A stretch of DNA of 64,000 nt from the human T2T-CHM13v2.0 reference genome, Homo sapiens: assembly GCF_009914755.1 (NCBI RefSeq), contig NC_060925.1; one strand, given 5' to 3'. The notes under the pieces are model-generated. The model was not told the origin of the DNA. It searched no databases and saw only the letters and a program-made list of their open reading frames with translations. Shown here one piece after another: positions 56,908 to 64,000 of the stretch. Positions within the stretch are counted from its first letter, which is position 1, and the number at the start of each line of letters is the position of its first letter. Position numbers and translations under genes: made by a program.

Positions 56908-58435
56908 TAAAAAACACATGAAAAAATGCTCACCATCACTGGCCATCAGGGAAATGCAAATCAAAACCACAATGAGATAGCATCTCACACCAGTTAGAAT
57001 GGCAATCATTAAAAAGTCAGGAAACGACAGGTGCTGGAGAGGATGTGGAGAAATAGAACACTTTTACACTGTTGGTGGGACTGTAAACTAGTTCAACCAT
57101 TGTGGAAGTCAGTGTGGCGATTCCTCAGGGATCCAGAACTAGAAATACCATTTGACCCAGCAATCCCATTACTGGGTATATACCCAAAGGACTATAAATC
57201 ATGCTGCTATAAAGACACATGCACACGTATGTTTATTGTGTCACTATTCACAATAGCAAAGACTTGCAACCAACCCAAATGTCCAACAATGATAGACTGG
57301 ATTAAGAAAATGTGGCACATATACACCATGGAATACTATGCAGCCATAAAAAATGATGAGTTTATGCCCTTTGTAGGGACATGGATGAAATTGGAAATCA
57401 TCTTTCTCAGTAAGCTATCGCAAGGACAAAAAACCAAATACCACATGTTCTCACTCAAAGGTGGGAATTGAACATTAAGAATACATGGACATAGGAAGGG
57501 GAACATCACACTCTGAGGACTGTTGTGGGGTGGGGGGAGCGGGGAGGGATAGCATTAGGAGATATACCTAATGCTAAATTATGAGTTAATGGGTGCAGCA
57601 CACCAGCATGGCACATTTATACATATGTAACTAACCTGCACATTGTGCACACATACCCTAAAACTTAAAGTGTAATAATAATAAAATAAAAAAGAATTAA
57701 AAAAATAAAAAATAAAAATAAAAAAAAGAAGCATGGATGTTAGCTTGCTAGTGGGTACAAATCAGGTAGATGATCTTTCATTAATGAAAGAGTGCATGGT
57801 TAAAAAAATAAATATTATAGAAAAGTTAATATGTAGATAAATAACATGTTTTGACTAAAACATTATACACTTAAAAACCACAAATCTCTCTCCATTGACA
57901 CATGGACTAATATAAATATTAACTCTATAAAGCTCTAAAAAAGTAAGATGGCATCTTTTAACTTTTGAAGTATATAATTTTTTTGTAGATACAACTCATA
58001 AGAAAAGCCCACTAATTGTATAAAACGGAATTATATATCGGACTTAAAAAAATTAAATCTCTGTTCTGTGAAATATACCATTAAAATAATAATCAGGCTA
58101 GCCAAAAAGCAAGAAAAATATTTACAGTACACATGTTTGACAAAATACTTTTCTCCAGAATAAATAAAAAATTTAAAACTGAATAAAATAAATTAAAAAC
58201 ATTTTGGCCACAGATATAAAGATACTTTTCTTAAAATAACATATATCAATGACCAGTAAGCATCTTAGAAGGTGCTGAACTTGATTATTCTCTAGGTAAT
58301 GGCATATTTTAAAATGACGTGAAGATACCACCACTAGAAGGGTTAAAATTAAAAATATTGAAATGCCAAATGCTAGTGATGATGGAGAGTAATACGAGCT
58401 CTCAAACATTGCTGGTGGAGAGGTAAAATGTGTTA

Positions 58436-58900
58436 AAAAAAAAAAAAGTCAAATTATCTTTCTTCATTGACGATATGATTCTATACCTAGAAAACCCCAA
58501 AGACCCAGCCAAAAGGCTTCTAGAACTGATAAACAACTTCAGCAAAGTTTCAGAATACAAAATAAACATACAAAAATCAATAGCATTTCTAAACACCAAC
58601 AACGTTCAAGCTGAGAGCAGGAACAGAACACTAAATAGTGAATGTCTCACTTAAAAGTGCAAGCATGGACACATGCTTGGTACAGAAGGACACATGCATG
58701 GTAACAAAAGACACTGAAGACTACTAAAGAGGTTAAGGAGAGGGAGATGTGGGGAGAAAAATTACCTATTGGGTGGTATGCTCACTACCTGGATGACAGA
58801 ATTTGTACCCCAAAGCTCAGCATTATGCAATATACCATTTAACAAAACTGCACACGTACCCCTTGAATCTAAAATACAAGTTGAAGTTAAAAATAAAAAT
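58436..58900 (+). mobile_element. L1PB/MA fragment: ORF2 RT piece joined to 3'UTR (internal deletion)
   Basis: [20 protein letters not shown] followed at ~58621 by 3'UTR-type sequence. Confidence 0.7.
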
Positions 58901-58925
58901 CTTAGAAGACATAGACGAAAATCTT

Positions 58926-61651
<2,726 letters not shown>

Positions 61652-61669
61652 GACATAGAAGAAAATCTT

Positions 61670-64000
<2,331 letters not shown>

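Overview
Human-type genomic DNA (it carries a near-consensus AluYb8). It is an AT-rich, repeat-dense olfactory receptor cluster with three intact single-coding-exon class II ORs on the + strand, which I recognise from their proteins as OR2L5 (6000-6938), OR2L2 (22318-23256) and OR2L3 (44735-45673), i.e. the 1q44 OR2L cluster. The genes lie in paralogous tandem units punctuated by L1s (one full-length ~6.2 kb L1PA3/4-type, several truncated or inverted), Alus (J, S, Y, Yb8), solo LTRs (MER11, MER41, MER34-like, MaLR, two further ERV1-like pairs), Tigger-family MITEs (MER44, MER47, Tigger2a) and two paralogous Y3 RNA pseudogenes. Nearly all other ORFs in the track are repeat-derived or spurious. 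I see no new protein-coding system. The most interesting signals are structural: (1) a duplication junction at ~14738 suggesting OR2L2 is a chimera of an OR2L3-type upstream block and an OR2L5-type coding block; (2) independent AluY and AluYb8 insertions at the same paralogous site; (3) several fold-back palindromic scars; (4) out-of-frame upstream ATGs just before all three OR starts; (5) AP-1/NF-E2/MARE and GAS motifs; (6) an L1 with an intact-looking endonuclease, a dead RT motif and an open ORF0. Repeat subfamily calls and identity values are by eye, not computed.
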